Shown one piece after another: positions 27,715-36,823 of a stretch of 64,000 nucleotides of DNA. Source of the DNA: a virus; IMG/VR virus record IMGVR_UViG_3300005805_000045, positions 1 to 64,000 of that record. One strand, given 5' to 3'. The notes beneath the pieces are model-generated. The model saw only the letters and a program-made list of their open reading frames with translations, made no database searches and was not told where the DNA came from. Within the stretch, counting starts at the first letter, position 1. Each line of letters opens with the position of its first letter. Position numbers and translations under genes: made by a program.

Positions 27715-28247
27715 TTTTTTCTTTTCGCTTCGCTGATTTTTCTTTTAGTCTCATCTGAAAGTTTTCTTCCTGTTAATGCTTTGGACAATTTCAAAAACGT
27801 TTCTTCTGTTCTTTTTTTGAATGCCAACGACATTTTTTGTTTTGACTCTTGTGTGTGCCTTTTATTTTTCATTGATTGTCGTATTTTATCTTTATGCTCT
27901 TGAGAAAATTTCTTACCTGAATTAGATGTTCGTAACTTTTCTATATGAGAAGATGTAAAAATAATTCCAGATGTGCCTTCACCACCGTCTGTGAGATTTC
28001 TCAATATACCTGTATTGTTATCTATGCGACCGTACCAACGAATATATCTGCGTTCAAGTGCTAATGCTCCAACTTCAGTAAGATTGTTTTCCATTATAAC
28101 TATTCTACGTCTATCTGTTGGTAAATTCATTGAGTGTGTTTTTTGCCATGCTCTATTGCCTTTACCTTTGCCAATATAGTAAGGCGTGCCATCTTCTCTA
28201 AGATAAGCATAAACATAGTATTCTAATGTGGGTTGATAAATAGACAT
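27711..28247 (-). mobile_element. GIY-YIG/NUMOD3 homing endonuclease
   Basis: [19 protein letters not shown]...R...E...[10 protein letters not shown]. Confidence 0.88.
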
Positions 28248-28315
28248 AGCTGGCGCTCCTGTTTAGCGTTAGAGTGGGTAGATGTTTCCAGCATCGTGAC
28301 CCACATCTATTTATA
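28248..28315 (-). promoter_or_regulatory. Late promoter plus conserved structured HEG leader, copy A
   Basis: TATAAATA-gat-GTGGGT-cac-GATG-ctggaaa-CATC-t-ACCCAC-tctaa-CGCT-aaacagg-AGCG-ccagct-ATG. Confidence 0.8.
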
Positions 28316-28318
28316 ATA

Positions 28319-28768
28319 CTACTTACCTCCAGTGAACCTCTCCCATTCGATGATGGACTTGATCTGAAACGTTCTACTATGTAGTTCTTTCAGAATAGAG
28401 GTAGCAGCATCAGCAATTTCTTGATTCATAACTTTTTTCAGCAAAATCTTATTCAAATCATTATCTCCATCCAGATACATGGGAATATCTTGTCTTATAA
28501 TATTTTTGACCATGGGTTCTAAGTTGTGTTCTTTGAGGTCTTCTGGATTATTCAAATTTCCTTTGTAATACTCCCACTTCAATAACTTGGTGCGCTGATA
28601 ATCGTTGTGAAGTTTCTTGACCATTAGATTATGGTAACTTAGAATGCGTAGATATTTGGCATGAAGAATAGGTATCTTTGCCATCGCACGACCAGGTTCT
28701 GTTTCATCAATAACAGAGTCCTCAGCCCATATAGACATGAGGTCTTCAAGAGAGACAGGTGGCTTCAT
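28319..28768 (-). CDS. uvsY: Recombination mediator UvsY
   Basis: WAEDSVID, IPILHAKY, YLDGD, RTFQIKSIIEWERF. Confidence 0.92.
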   Translation of the reverse strand: MKPPVSLEDLMSIWAEDSVIDETEPGRAMAKIPILHAKYLRILSYHNLMVKKLHNDYQRTKLLKWEYYKGNLNNPEDLKEHNLEPMVKNIIRQDIPMYLDGDNDLNKILLKKVMNQEIADAATSILKELHSRTFQIKSIIEWERFTGGK

Positions 28769-28800
28769 GGAAAATCCTTCTCAAAGAAAAAATGATTATG

Positions 28801-28829
28801 AGTATATCAGGAAATTAGACGAGTGTCAA
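28801..28829 (-). promoter_or_regulatory. sigma70-type promoter for uvsY
   Basis: TTGACA-N17-TATACT. Confidence 0.8.
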
Positions 28830-28843
28830 GTTATTAGTTGTGT

Positions 28844-30478
28844 TCATAAAGGCAATCCTCGTCTCATTCTATTCAATTTAGCCATCGAGCGATTGAATGC
28901 CAACGAAATAGGATTTTGGGGTGCTAAAGGATGGATTTCTGCTTGTCTACGAACTGAAAGATAAGGATCTGCTAGTAGAGCATTGATATGATCTCTATCT
29001 ACGTTTTTGTTAAACAATAATTCAGTACGAACACTAAGACTATTATCATATACTGCTCTGTCTAGAATATCTTTATCTGCTAGAGGATGGTTTACAGCAG
29101 CTATTCTCATAACATCAGAAGGTTCATTTTCCATGACACCAATAAGGTCTTCTTTTTTCACAGAAGGATCATAAGTTAGTGCCATCGATCTAACGTGTGC
29201 GCTTTTATCGTTTTTTGCTTGTTTGAAGTATTCTGGATTCACACCAGGTTTAGCAAGCACATCTCCACGAATATAAGGATGGCGATCTTTCCATGCCATT
29301 TCTAAATGTTTTTGATTTGCTTTTGGATTAAACAATGCCTGAGCACGAACATCTCCAGATTCGTCTTGTAATCCTTTTGTTATATTATCTACAGAAACAT
29401 TTGGATTTCTCATAGCATGAGTACGTACATCAGCATTATATAAGTTTGGATTTGACAAAACATGATCGATGTGCTTTTCTGAAAATCTAGGATGCTGTAT
29501 TGCTGCAAAATGAAGTCTTTTATCTTTTTTAGCAAGTGCATCATCAATATCTTTTTCAGTTATTTTGTCAGAATGTACTGAAAATGCATTTGCTCGTACA
29601 GATGGATCTGAATGTGTTATCATACGTTGAAATGATGCTATCATTTGTGGACCACTGTCATGATACACATTTTCATTCTTTTTATATGCCAAGTTATCAT
29701 CTACTGGAAAATTCTTGCTTGCCCAATTTGAAACTGTATGTTGAAATGCTGAATCTGCTGTTCCATATGTTCCTTCAGGTCTCAAAACAGTATGTGATCC
29801 TTCCTCACTATTAAATGGCTTTAATGCTATTCTTGACAAAGGATTCTTTGCTTCAGGATCTTTATCATGATCGTACAGATAAGCAACGTGCGTACCTTCA
29901 GTAACATCGTTTTTTAGAAAGTGCTTATTACATCCACTTTCCATATTCATACATGATGTCCAACCTTGATTTGTAGACATTCCAGCAACATGATATGGAT
30001 CTCTTGAGATCATAACTCTTATGCCACCTTTTTTAGCTTGTCTACTTGCGCTTCTTTTTGGATCAGTTATGAAAGCGTGTTTGACTTCTTCTGGTGCACC
30101 AGTTTTTTCTAGTGCTGCACCGATTTTGACTGGGCGTCTTTTGGGTTTGGGTTTTCCTTCTGGTACAGGTTTTTTAGATTCGGGTTCTAAAGCAAGACCC
30201 GCTTTGTAATCATGCACATCATATCCATGTTTTTCGAGATGTGCTTTTACCATAGGATGTGGTTCTACTGGTTTCGTATCTTCTGGACTTTCAAGAGGTA
30301 TTGAAATAGAATTTTGACCTGGTGGAATCACATGACGAGATATTGCTTCAGCTTTACCAGTTTTTTGCCATTGATCTACTATTTTTTTCTGATGTGGCAA
30401 TAATTCTTCAACCACAAGACTTGATCGATATCCATAAACAACATAATTTTCTTGAATAAATTTCTTGAAAGTCTTCAT
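28844..30478 (-). CDS. Putative internal head protein with WTSCM domain and HEAT-like repeats
   Basis: Starts MKTFKKFIQE; ~24 aa D-x-x-x-x-VR-x-x-A repeats in the C-terminal half. Confidence 0.6.
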   Translation of the reverse strand: MKTFKKFIQENYVVYGYRSSLVVEELLPHQKKIVDQWQKTGKAEAISRHVIPPGQNSISIPLESPEDTKPVEPHPMVKAHLEKHGYDVHDYKAGLALEPESKKPVPEGKPKPKRRPVKIGAALEKTGAPEEVKHAFITDPKRSASRQAKKGGIRVMISRDPYHVAGMSTNQGWTSCMNMESGCNKHFLKNDVTEGTHVAYLYDHDKDPEAKNPLSRIALKPFNSEEGSHTVLRPEGTYGTADSAFQHTVSNWASKNFPVDDNLAYKKNENVYHDSGPQMIASFQRMITHSDPSVRANAFSVHSDKITEKDIDDALAKKDKRLHFAAIQHPRFSEKHIDHVLSNPNLYNADVRTHAMRNPNVSVDNITKGLQDESGDVRAQALFNPKANQKHLEMAWKDRHPYIRGDVLAKPGVNPEYFKQAKNDKSAHVRSMALTYDPSVKKEDLIGVMENEPSDVMRIAAVNHPLADKDILDRAVYDNSLSVRTELLFNKNVDRDHINALLADPYLSVRRQAEIHPLAPQNPISLAFNRSMAKLNRMRRGLPL

Positions 30479-30480
30479 TG

Positions 30481-30999
30481 TTACAACCTTGTTATTTCGA
30501 AACCATCATATCTGAAATTGATGTCTGTCGTGATTACAGTAGATGCATCCAATTTTGTATCAAAATTTATACCACCCAAAGATACAGGATGACAGTTAGT
30601 AAACTTGATACGAATATTTGGTATATTAGCATTTGTATTAATAGTTAAAATACCATCATGATATGGTGATTTTTTGTCGTCATAGAATCTAATATACTCT
30701 GTAAAGTTTTTAGGAAATGTCAAAGCAACGAGCCAATTATATGTTTCTTCCCATACACGAATGTCTTCATCAATTATTGCAGTAATAACTAGACCATCAT
30801 AGTTAAGTTTATCACCATGTCTAAATGTGTTTGAGAATGGAGTCTCAACACTAATAGCGTTAGTTGATACACCTGGAATAGATACAGACTGACAAAAGTA
30901 TCTGAGAAATGGCAACTCAGGAAACAAGAATGAAAATCGTGTTGGCTGTAGAAAACTGGTATTCTCAGGTATCTTTGTTAGAACTGATGTGTTGGACAT
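30481..30999 (-). CDS. gp3: Tail tube terminator gp3-like
   Basis: YFCQSVSIPG, GDKLNY, IDED...WEETYNWL, PVSLGGINF. Confidence 0.85.
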   Translation of the reverse strand: MSNTSVLTKIPENTSFLQPTRFSFLFPELPFLRYFCQSVSIPGVSTNAISVETPFSNTFRHGDKLNYDGLVITAIIDEDIRVWEETYNWLVALTFPKNFTEYIRFYDDKKSPYHDGILTINTNANIPNIRIKFTNCHPVSLGGINFDTKLDASTVITTDINFRYDGFEITRL

Positions 31000-31878
31000 T
31001 TATTCATTATCCTCATCTTCAAATAGATGCGAAACACCTGGATGCCATGTACCAGAATAGTTTCTCCATTTTTGTTGTGCTTTTTCACGACTCTTGGCTG
31101 CTTTGACAACGGCTTTTGAATCTTTTTTACCACTTGCAATATCTTGTTCGTTGTTGAGTCTTTGTCTTACTAACCATGTTATTGCTTGCAACTGATGTGG
31201 ATGTAGATAGTGTTTATCACCAATCTTTGCGCCTGTTCTGGCATTGATATGATCAGCCGCTTGAATGTATGCTTTTTTTACCGAATCATATTTCTTTTTA
31301 CCTTTGAGACCAGATACACTAAATGCAGCATCGGTAATTCTTGCTCCAGATGCAACTGAGTGTGCATGTCTATCAACAACAACTTCAGGATTATTTGGAT
31401 CTTTATCTCCACCATGTTCAATCAATCGTGCAAATGCTTTGGTTTTGAATCCTTTTATTACGTTTTCATAGTGTTCACCATTGATAATTCTTTCTGCTGC
31501 TTTTCTTTGTTGATTGTCAGCAAAACTTTTTCCATATCTATAATATGGCTTTTGCTCTTTTCCGCCAACAGTTTTTCCATGTCTAGCAACTCTTGCAGCA
31601 ACAATCATATTATCGTGCCAAGCAGTTTGCGGTGAATAAACAGATGTCAATCCAGCAATAGCATGTACAGGCATTTTAGTCGATCTTGAAACAGTCTGTG
31701 CAAAATTTTGTGCATCTCTGTACCAGTTTCTGCCAGCACGATGTTCAACTTTTGTTGCTTGATCATGATGATTTACGATATTCATATAATCGACTGGATG
31801 ATCTTTATGCCACTGTTTACCTGCTGAGGTATCTCTTGCTTCTGATAGATATTGTCTGAATTGTTTAAATGATTTCAT
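31000..31878 (-). CDS. Putative internal protein with an HhH-glycosylase-like domain
   Basis: MKSFKQFRQYLSE; WY, YSPQTAW, KTKAF, VVVDRH, PHQLQAITW. Confidence 0.55.
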   Translation of the reverse strand: MKSFKQFRQYLSEARDTSAGKQWHKDHPVDYMNIVNHHDQATKVEHRAGRNWYRDAQNFAQTVSRSTKMPVHAIAGLTSVYSPQTAWHDNMIVAARVARHGKTVGGKEQKPYYRYGKSFADNQQRKAAERIINGEHYENVIKGFKTKAFARLIEHGGDKDPNNPEVVVDRHAHSVASGARITDAAFSVSGLKGKKKYDSVKKAYIQAADHINARTGAKIGDKHYLHPHQLQAITWLVRQRLNNEQDIASGKKDSKAVVKAAKSREKAQQKWRNYSGTWHPGVSHLFEDEDNE

Positions 31879-32117
31879 TGATACACCTTATAGAAATTTG
31901 ATCTTACATAATGGTTTTTATTTGAAGAACTTACTTTCACATCTTTAATAATAGCTTCGATGTTATTTTTCCAATAGTTCAGAAACTCATGAACACGAGG
32001 TATATCTGGCACAACATCATCAAACTGACAATAAAACTCATTTACCAGATTTTGATAGTCTGGAAGATAGTATGTGATGCCAACAAAGATTATTTCTCGT
32101 TTTGGTATTATTAGCAT
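31875..32117 (-). CDS. Usg-like protein
   Basis: ITYYLPD...F...D..PDIPRVHEFLNYW...IEA...VKVS matches the Usg pattern as recalled. Confidence 0.7.
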   Translation of the reverse strand: MLIIPKREIIFVGITYYLPDYQNLVNEFYCQFDDVVPDIPRVHEFLNYWKNNIEAIIKDVKVSSSNKNHYVRSNFYKVYQ

Positions 32118-32124
32118 CTACTAT

Positions 32125-32427
32125 TTATGCGTTTTCAAGTATTCTCAAACTAATATTCAAATCGATGTCATTCAGTATATCTATTAGACATACAAGGTTT
32201 TTGTTTTGATGTATATGAAGTAAAATTATTTGTTTGTCATTAGGGCTTTTGAGTAGAACTTTCATAATATTGTTTTCAACAGAAACAACAATAGCCTTCA
32301 TATTTGCTTGTTTTAAATGTGCTGCTGCTTGTTCTTGCGGAACACATTCAATATCTTTTTTGAGAGACTGAGCAGAGACTGGAAAAGAAAGTAATAATGC
32401 ACATACCAAAGAAATGACTTTGAACAT
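32125..32427 (-). CDS. Hypothetical exported protein
   Basis: Signal peptide MFKVISLVCALLLSFPVSA; TATAAATA at 32454-32461. Confidence 0.65.
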   Translation of the reverse strand: MFKVISLVCALLLSFPVSAQSLKKDIECVPQEQAAAHLKQANMKAIVVSVENNIMKVLLKSPNDKQIILLHIHQNKNLVCLIDILNDIDLNISLRILENA

Positions 32428-32460
32428 ATGATGTTCCTTTTATAACTTACGTATATTTAT

Positions 32461-32490
32461 AAAAAGAAAGGGGGGAACAAGTCCCCCCTT
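32461..32490 (-). terminator. Terminator after gp23
   Basis: GGGGGGA-cttgt-TCCCCCC followed by TTTCTTTTT. Confidence 0.85.
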
Positions 32491-32521
32491 AGGTTTGTAC
32501 TAATCTATTTTCTTCTTCTTG

Positions 32522-33862
32522 TTAGGTCAAATTTCTAACTCTGAAAATTCTGTAGTAGATATTTGCGTTGTTTGCGTTTGCGTTACGTGGAGCAACTGCA
32601 CCGTCACCTGCTAGTGTAGCAAATGGGTTAGCAACCATTCCGTAACGTGTCTTGAACCCAATCTTTGGTTGGAAGGTATCTTGGCCGATTGCACGAACCA
32701 TTTGGAGAGGAACGTAGGGGCAATAGAAGAGACCTGCGTCATAAGGAGAAGTACCCTTATAGCCGACGGTGCAGAGTTCATCGCCTACAGAAGAACCACC
32801 GAAATATGGATCGATGTAAACTTTGATGCGACCATGAAGAACACCAGCGAAGGTGTTACCAGTGTCGTCAACTTGTAGATTGGCTTGGAGAGCTGGAGTA
32901 TAGTCGAGAACACTAGCCATAGCTAGGGCAGAAGCAACGTCTGAGGAGACGATGATCATGTTACCCTTGCCGCGGCGTGTAGCACGAGCAATAGCGTTAG
33001 CTTCACGCTCAATCTGGAATACTAGACCCTTGAACTTTTCAACTGACCAACGACCGTTTGAGTCGGTGTCAAGATCGAAGGTACCAGCAGAAGTTACACC
33101 GTACTGGGCGCCGATTGTAGCTGAAGAGTAGATGGTGCGAACGACTTCACGGTTGATTTCAGCAAGAACCTCGGTTGAGAGGATATTTGCTAGTTCAGTC
33201 TCAGCGTCTAGACCATGAACTGCCTTAAGGTCTTGAGCAAGTTCCATGGTGTATTCTGCTTTGAGAGCATGGCTACGAGCGGTAACAGTTACCTTGTCGA
33301 TAGCAAATGCCATTTCAGCAAATTGGTTAGTGGAAACGTCGCCAAGAGCTTCAGCTTGAGCTGTTGTCATACCGCGGCCATAGCCAAACACGTCATCGTC
33401 AGTTAGAGCGAAGACAGGGTTGGTATTGGAAATTGAACCACGAGTATTGCCGTTAGCGCCAAGAGCGTTGGTACCTGAGAAGGCAGTGTTAGCTTCGTTG
33501 AAGAGAGCTTCTGTGCCACCCTGAGTCTTGTACTTTGAACGCATTGCGAAGATAAGACCTGTTGGACCAGTCATTGGCTGAACGCCGCAGATATCATAAG
33601 CAATGAGGTTTGGTAGAGCACGACGAACAAGTGAAATTAGAATTGGATCATATGAACCAATGCTTGTGCCTGCACCGAGACCGCCACCAGAGTTAGTGGG
33701 AGCGACTTCGTTTAGCTGACGTGACTCTTCGGCCATAGCTTTTTCTTGGTTCTCAAGAATGATGGCTGTAACTGCACGACGATAAGGATCTTTAATTTGT
33801 GAAAGACCTTCATGGTCGAGAACAGGTGACCACTTTCTTTCTAGATGTTCAGTAAGATACAT
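32522..33862 (-). CDS. gp23: Major capsid protein gp23
   Basis: KWSPVLDH, GVQPMTGPTGLIFAMR, ELAQDLKAVHGLDAETEL, FQPKIGFKTRYG. Confidence 0.99.
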   Translation of the reverse strand: MYLTEHLERKWSPVLDHEGLSQIKDPYRRAVTAIILENQEKAMAEESRQLNEVAPTNSGGGLGAGTSIGSYDPILISLVRRALPNLIAYDICGVQPMTGPTGLIFAMRSKYKTQGGTEALFNEANTAFSGTNALGANGNTRGSISNTNPVFALTDDDVFGYGRGMTTAQAEALGDVSTNQFAEMAFAIDKVTVTARSHALKAEYTMELAQDLKAVHGLDAETELANILSTEVLAEINREVVRTIYSSATIGAQYGVTSAGTFDLDTDSNGRWSVEKFKGLVFQIEREANAIARATRRGKGNMIIVSSDVASALAMASVLDYTPALQANLQVDDTGNTFAGVLHGRIKVYIDPYFGGSSVGDELCTVGYKGTSPYDAGLFYCPYVPLQMVRAIGQDTFQPKIGFKTRYGMVANPFATLAGDGAVAPRNANANNANIYYRIFRVRNLT

Positions 33863-33895
33863 TTGTGTATTCTCCTTCTAAGTATCTTTATAGTT

Positions 33896-33903
33896 TATTT
33901 ATA
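33896..33903 (-). promoter_or_regulatory. T4 late promoter for gp23
   Basis: TATAAATA; related boxes at 35641-35648 (gp22), 39428-39435, 42686-42693 (gp19), 44451-44458 (gp18), 50070-50077, 50862-50876 (gp13). Confidence 0.85.
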
Positions 33904-33909
33904 TTATTC

Positions 33910-35610
33910 TTACTTTGGTAATGATTTACCGAGAGCACGGACATATGCATTCATTGGTCCTTGCAATTCTTCTGAGATCATGGATCTCCCATCAGCATCT
34001 TCAACATTATCAAGTGAAGTTTGTGCTGTTACTGTGGATGGGAAATAGCTCTCTTTGAGAGTATGGATCTTGCGAGCATACTCGTCAGTTGAGTTGAAAT
34101 CAATGTTTTCAGCAAGAGCGAATAGCTTGTCTGCTTGAGTGTCAGTTAGACCACCACAAGCACCTCTAAGAATTTCATACTTCTTAGATTCAGCAAGCAT
34201 CTTGTTGAGAGAAACATTGCGTTCGATTTCTTCGTTTAGCTTACCTTCAAGGGCATCGACCTTTTCAGCAAGACCTTCAACGATGGAAACTTTTTCTTCT
34301 GGAACATCGATATAATGTTCAGCGAATAGATTACGAAGACCTGAGATGAAGTCTTCAGTTAGTTCAGAACGAAGGCCAGATTCGATAGCAACTTCATTTT
34401 CTGCGATCCATTGTTCAACGACATAGTTGAGATAGTCATCAACTTGTTCAGTAAGTTGATCCATGATAGCAGAAACTTCTTCCTGAAGTGATTCAGCATA
34501 GGCTTCTTCGATTACAGAAAGTTCTTCTTGAAGTCTGGTATTGACAGCAGATTCGAAGATAGTTTCAGCTTTTACACGGAACTCTTCAGAGAGTTGTTCA
34601 CCGTCTAGAAGAGCATCGACATGTTCTTTTAGTCTATCATGAGCGAGTTGCATTGTTTCAGAATTTTTTCTGTTGTCTTCTTTATCTTCTTCTGAAGGTT
34701 TGAATTTAGATTTTCTTGCAGTTGCAGCGAGACGACGTTCAGCTCTTTGATGAACCATGCCTAGTTTCTTTTGACCTTTTTCTGTATCACCAACTTCATT
34801 GAGTTGTTCTTCTTCAGAAACAATTTCGAAGTTCTCTTCGATAGCTTCAGCAATTTGTTCTTCTGAATAACCTTCTTCAAGCATGGCATCAATGAATGCT
34901 TCTAGTTCTTCGGAAAGTTCGAAGTCTTCTTCAATCCAATTATCGTAAGAGGACTTTCTTTCCTTTGCTTTTTTTAGGGTTGTCTTTGCTTTATCAAAAG
35001 CGTTCATAGCTCTGCCATATCCTTTTGGATCTTCAGTAGCATTCATAGATGCGGCGTCAAGTTTATTTGCTCTTATGCGTTCTGTTGTTTCTTGTCTTTT
35101 TGTGCCATAACGACGAACTTCATCAAGAGCTTCTTCTTTCATCTCTTCTTCGTCTTCATCATCTTCATCATCTTCTTCTTTTTCAGCTTTTTTGGCTTCT
35201 TTGATTTGACGATAGAGTTCTTGAAGTTTCTTTTTCTTATCTTCTTCGTCATCTTCCATTTCTTCAGCCATAGAAGTCTTCTTCATTGGCTCTTGAGGAA
35301 CAGCAGATACGCCTGAACGTGATGAATCTTTCTTTGTTTTACCAGCAGCCCGAGCGCCAAGATTATCAGTGGGTGCACCTGACTCAGGTGTTTGCCCACC
35401 AAGATCATCAGCATCTCCTACTGGAGGCATAGAGCCTGGATTTACAAGACGACCCTCAGCGCCACGTGAATTGGGGCGAAGAGTTGCCATATTTGGTGTC
35501 ATTGACTTAGCGCCACGATCAGGATCTCCAGCGTCCATTGGGCTGACGGAAGGAATCATACCTTCTTTCATCAAGATCGCCTTCGCTGTTTCTGTTAGAG
35601 ACTTACCCAT
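33910..35610 (-). CDS. gp22: Prohead scaffold gp22, enlarged
   Basis: LSEEFRVKAETIFESAV, VDDYLNYVVEQW, LKESYF; position between gp21 and gp23. Confidence 0.93.
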   Translation of the reverse strand: MGKSLTETAKAILMKEGMIPSVSPMDAGDPDRGAKSMTPNMATLRPNSRGAEGRLVNPGSMPPVGDADDLGGQTPESGAPTDNLGARAAGKTKKDSSRSGVSAVPQEPMKKTSMAEEMEDDEEDKKKKLQELYRQIKEAKKAEKEEDDEDDEDEEEMKEEALDEVRRYGTKRQETTERIRANKLDAASMNATEDPKGYGRAMNAFDKAKTTLKKAKERKSSYDNWIEEDFELSEELEAFIDAMLEEGYSEEQIAEAIEENFEIVSEEEQLNEVGDTEKGQKKLGMVHQRAERRLAATARKSKFKPSEEDKEDNRKNSETMQLAHDRLKEHVDALLDGEQLSEEFRVKAETIFESAVNTRLQEELSVIEEAYAESLQEEVSAIMDQLTEQVDDYLNYVVEQWIAENEVAIESGLRSELTEDFISGLRNLFAEHYIDVPEEKVSIVEGLAEKVDALEGKLNEEIERNVSLNKMLAESKKYEILRGACGGLTDTQADKLFALAENIDFNSTDEYARKIHTLKESYFPSTVTAQTSLDNVEDADGRSMISEELQGPMNAYVRALGKSLPK

Positions 35611-35653
35611 TGTTGAAAAACTCCTTTTATATGGTTATTCTATTTATGTTTCT

Positions 35654-36304
35654 TTAGATTTTGCGAATGTAGTTCTCAAATAGCTTGAGTGCTGTTTCTT
35701 CTATCTCTCTACGGCTTAGAGTTTTGATATGTCTTCTTGTATCTTCTGCTGCTTCTGCCATTTTCCAGTTAGCGCCATCAAAAAACCATTCAACACCTTC
35801 CATGATACCACATACGAAAGCATCAGGTGCAGAAGGATCAGCCACAATGTCAGCAGCCGTAGCTAGTTTGAAATCATCTTGAACTAATTGAAATCCATTT
35901 TGTGGTTTGAGTGAACCAACACCTCTAGTTGAAACACCTAAGTTAGCACCACTATCGAGCAATCCTCTTACTATATTACCCATTGGAGTATCAACAATTT
36001 TTGCTTTACCAATGAAGTTATTGCCATCAGGATACAGTTTAGAGATCATGTGTGATACACGATCAAGGTTGATAGATGGTGTGTCGGGATGACCCAGTTC
36101 ACCATAAGCACGATTCTTGTTTACGTACTCTCTATTGTATCTATCAACTTCTTTGCTTAGAACAGCATATGGATATACTCTTCCATTTCTGTTTTGCCGT
36201 TCCGCTTGCATGAAGATACCTGTAATGAAATGAGATTTTTTCCCATCTTTTGATTCTTCAACAAGATATTTGATTTCTTCTACTTGTTCTTTAATCAACT
36301 TCAT
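35654..36304 (-). CDS. gp21: Prohead protease gp21
   Basis: NRNGRVY, GELGHP, GVSTRGVGS, DIVADPSAPDA. Confidence 0.97.
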   Translation of the reverse strand: MKLIKEQVEEIKYLVEESKDGKKSHFITGIFMQAERQNRNGRVYPYAVLSKEVDRYNREYVNKNRAYGELGHPDTPSINLDRVSHMISKLYPDGNNFIGKAKIVDTPMGNIVRGLLDSGANLGVSTRGVGSLKPQNGFQLVQDDFKLATAADIVADPSAPDAFVCGIMEGVEWFFDGANWKMAEAAEDTRRHIKTLSRREIEETALKLFENYIRKI

Positions 36305-36308
36305 TGGC

Positions 36309-36578
36309 TTAGTATCCTAATCTCTTTCTTTTTTGAAGTGACTTAGCACGCTTTCTGATTGCTTGCTGAAGTTTTGCTCTTCTTTTAATCTTGCCTGTTC
36401 TGGCACCCATCTTACGATTTCGGCGTTCAGTTGGTGACATTCTCTTGAGTTTGCCACCACGAATGGTCATACCAGGCACATTAGAGACTTTCTTACGTCT
36501 CTGCACTTGACCATTTCTGATTCTCAGTTTTACAATCTGGATTCTTGCAGCTTCACCTAGCTGCTCTTCTTGGTTCAT
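36309..36578 (-). CDS. Prohead core protein, gp68-like
   Basis: Very basic; RMSPTERRNRK...KRAKSLQKRKRLG; upstream of gp21. Confidence 0.7.
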   Translation of the reverse strand: MNQEEQLGEAARIQIVKLRIRNGQVQRRKKVSNVPGMTIRGGKLKRMSPTERRNRKMGARTGKIKRRAKLQQAIRKRAKSLQKRKRLGY

Positions 36579-36823
36579 TTGTGCTTTCTTTCAGCTAGAC
36601 CTCTTTTAGCATAATCAAGTGAACGTGGTATTGAATCAGTTGATGTCATAGAACGTCCAGTCATAGGATTCAATGGATATTGTTCTTTGACAAAATCTCT
36701 AGCAGCCATCATCTTCTTCATTTCGTGAAGTTTGGCTTGTGTAATCTCTGCGATTCTTTCTTTGATAAGACTCTCAGCTAGGGTCAAGTCTTTTTCTATA
36801 ATACTTCCTACGAAATTTTTCAT
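36575..36823 (-). CDS. Prohead core-like small protein
   Basis: Helical, operon-coupled, KLHEMKK similar to the 39251 ORF. Confidence 0.55.
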   Translation of the reverse strand: MKNFVGSIIEKDLTLAESLIKERIAEITQAKLHEMKKMMAARDFVKEQYPLNPMTGRSMTSTDSIPRSLDYAKRGLAERKHK

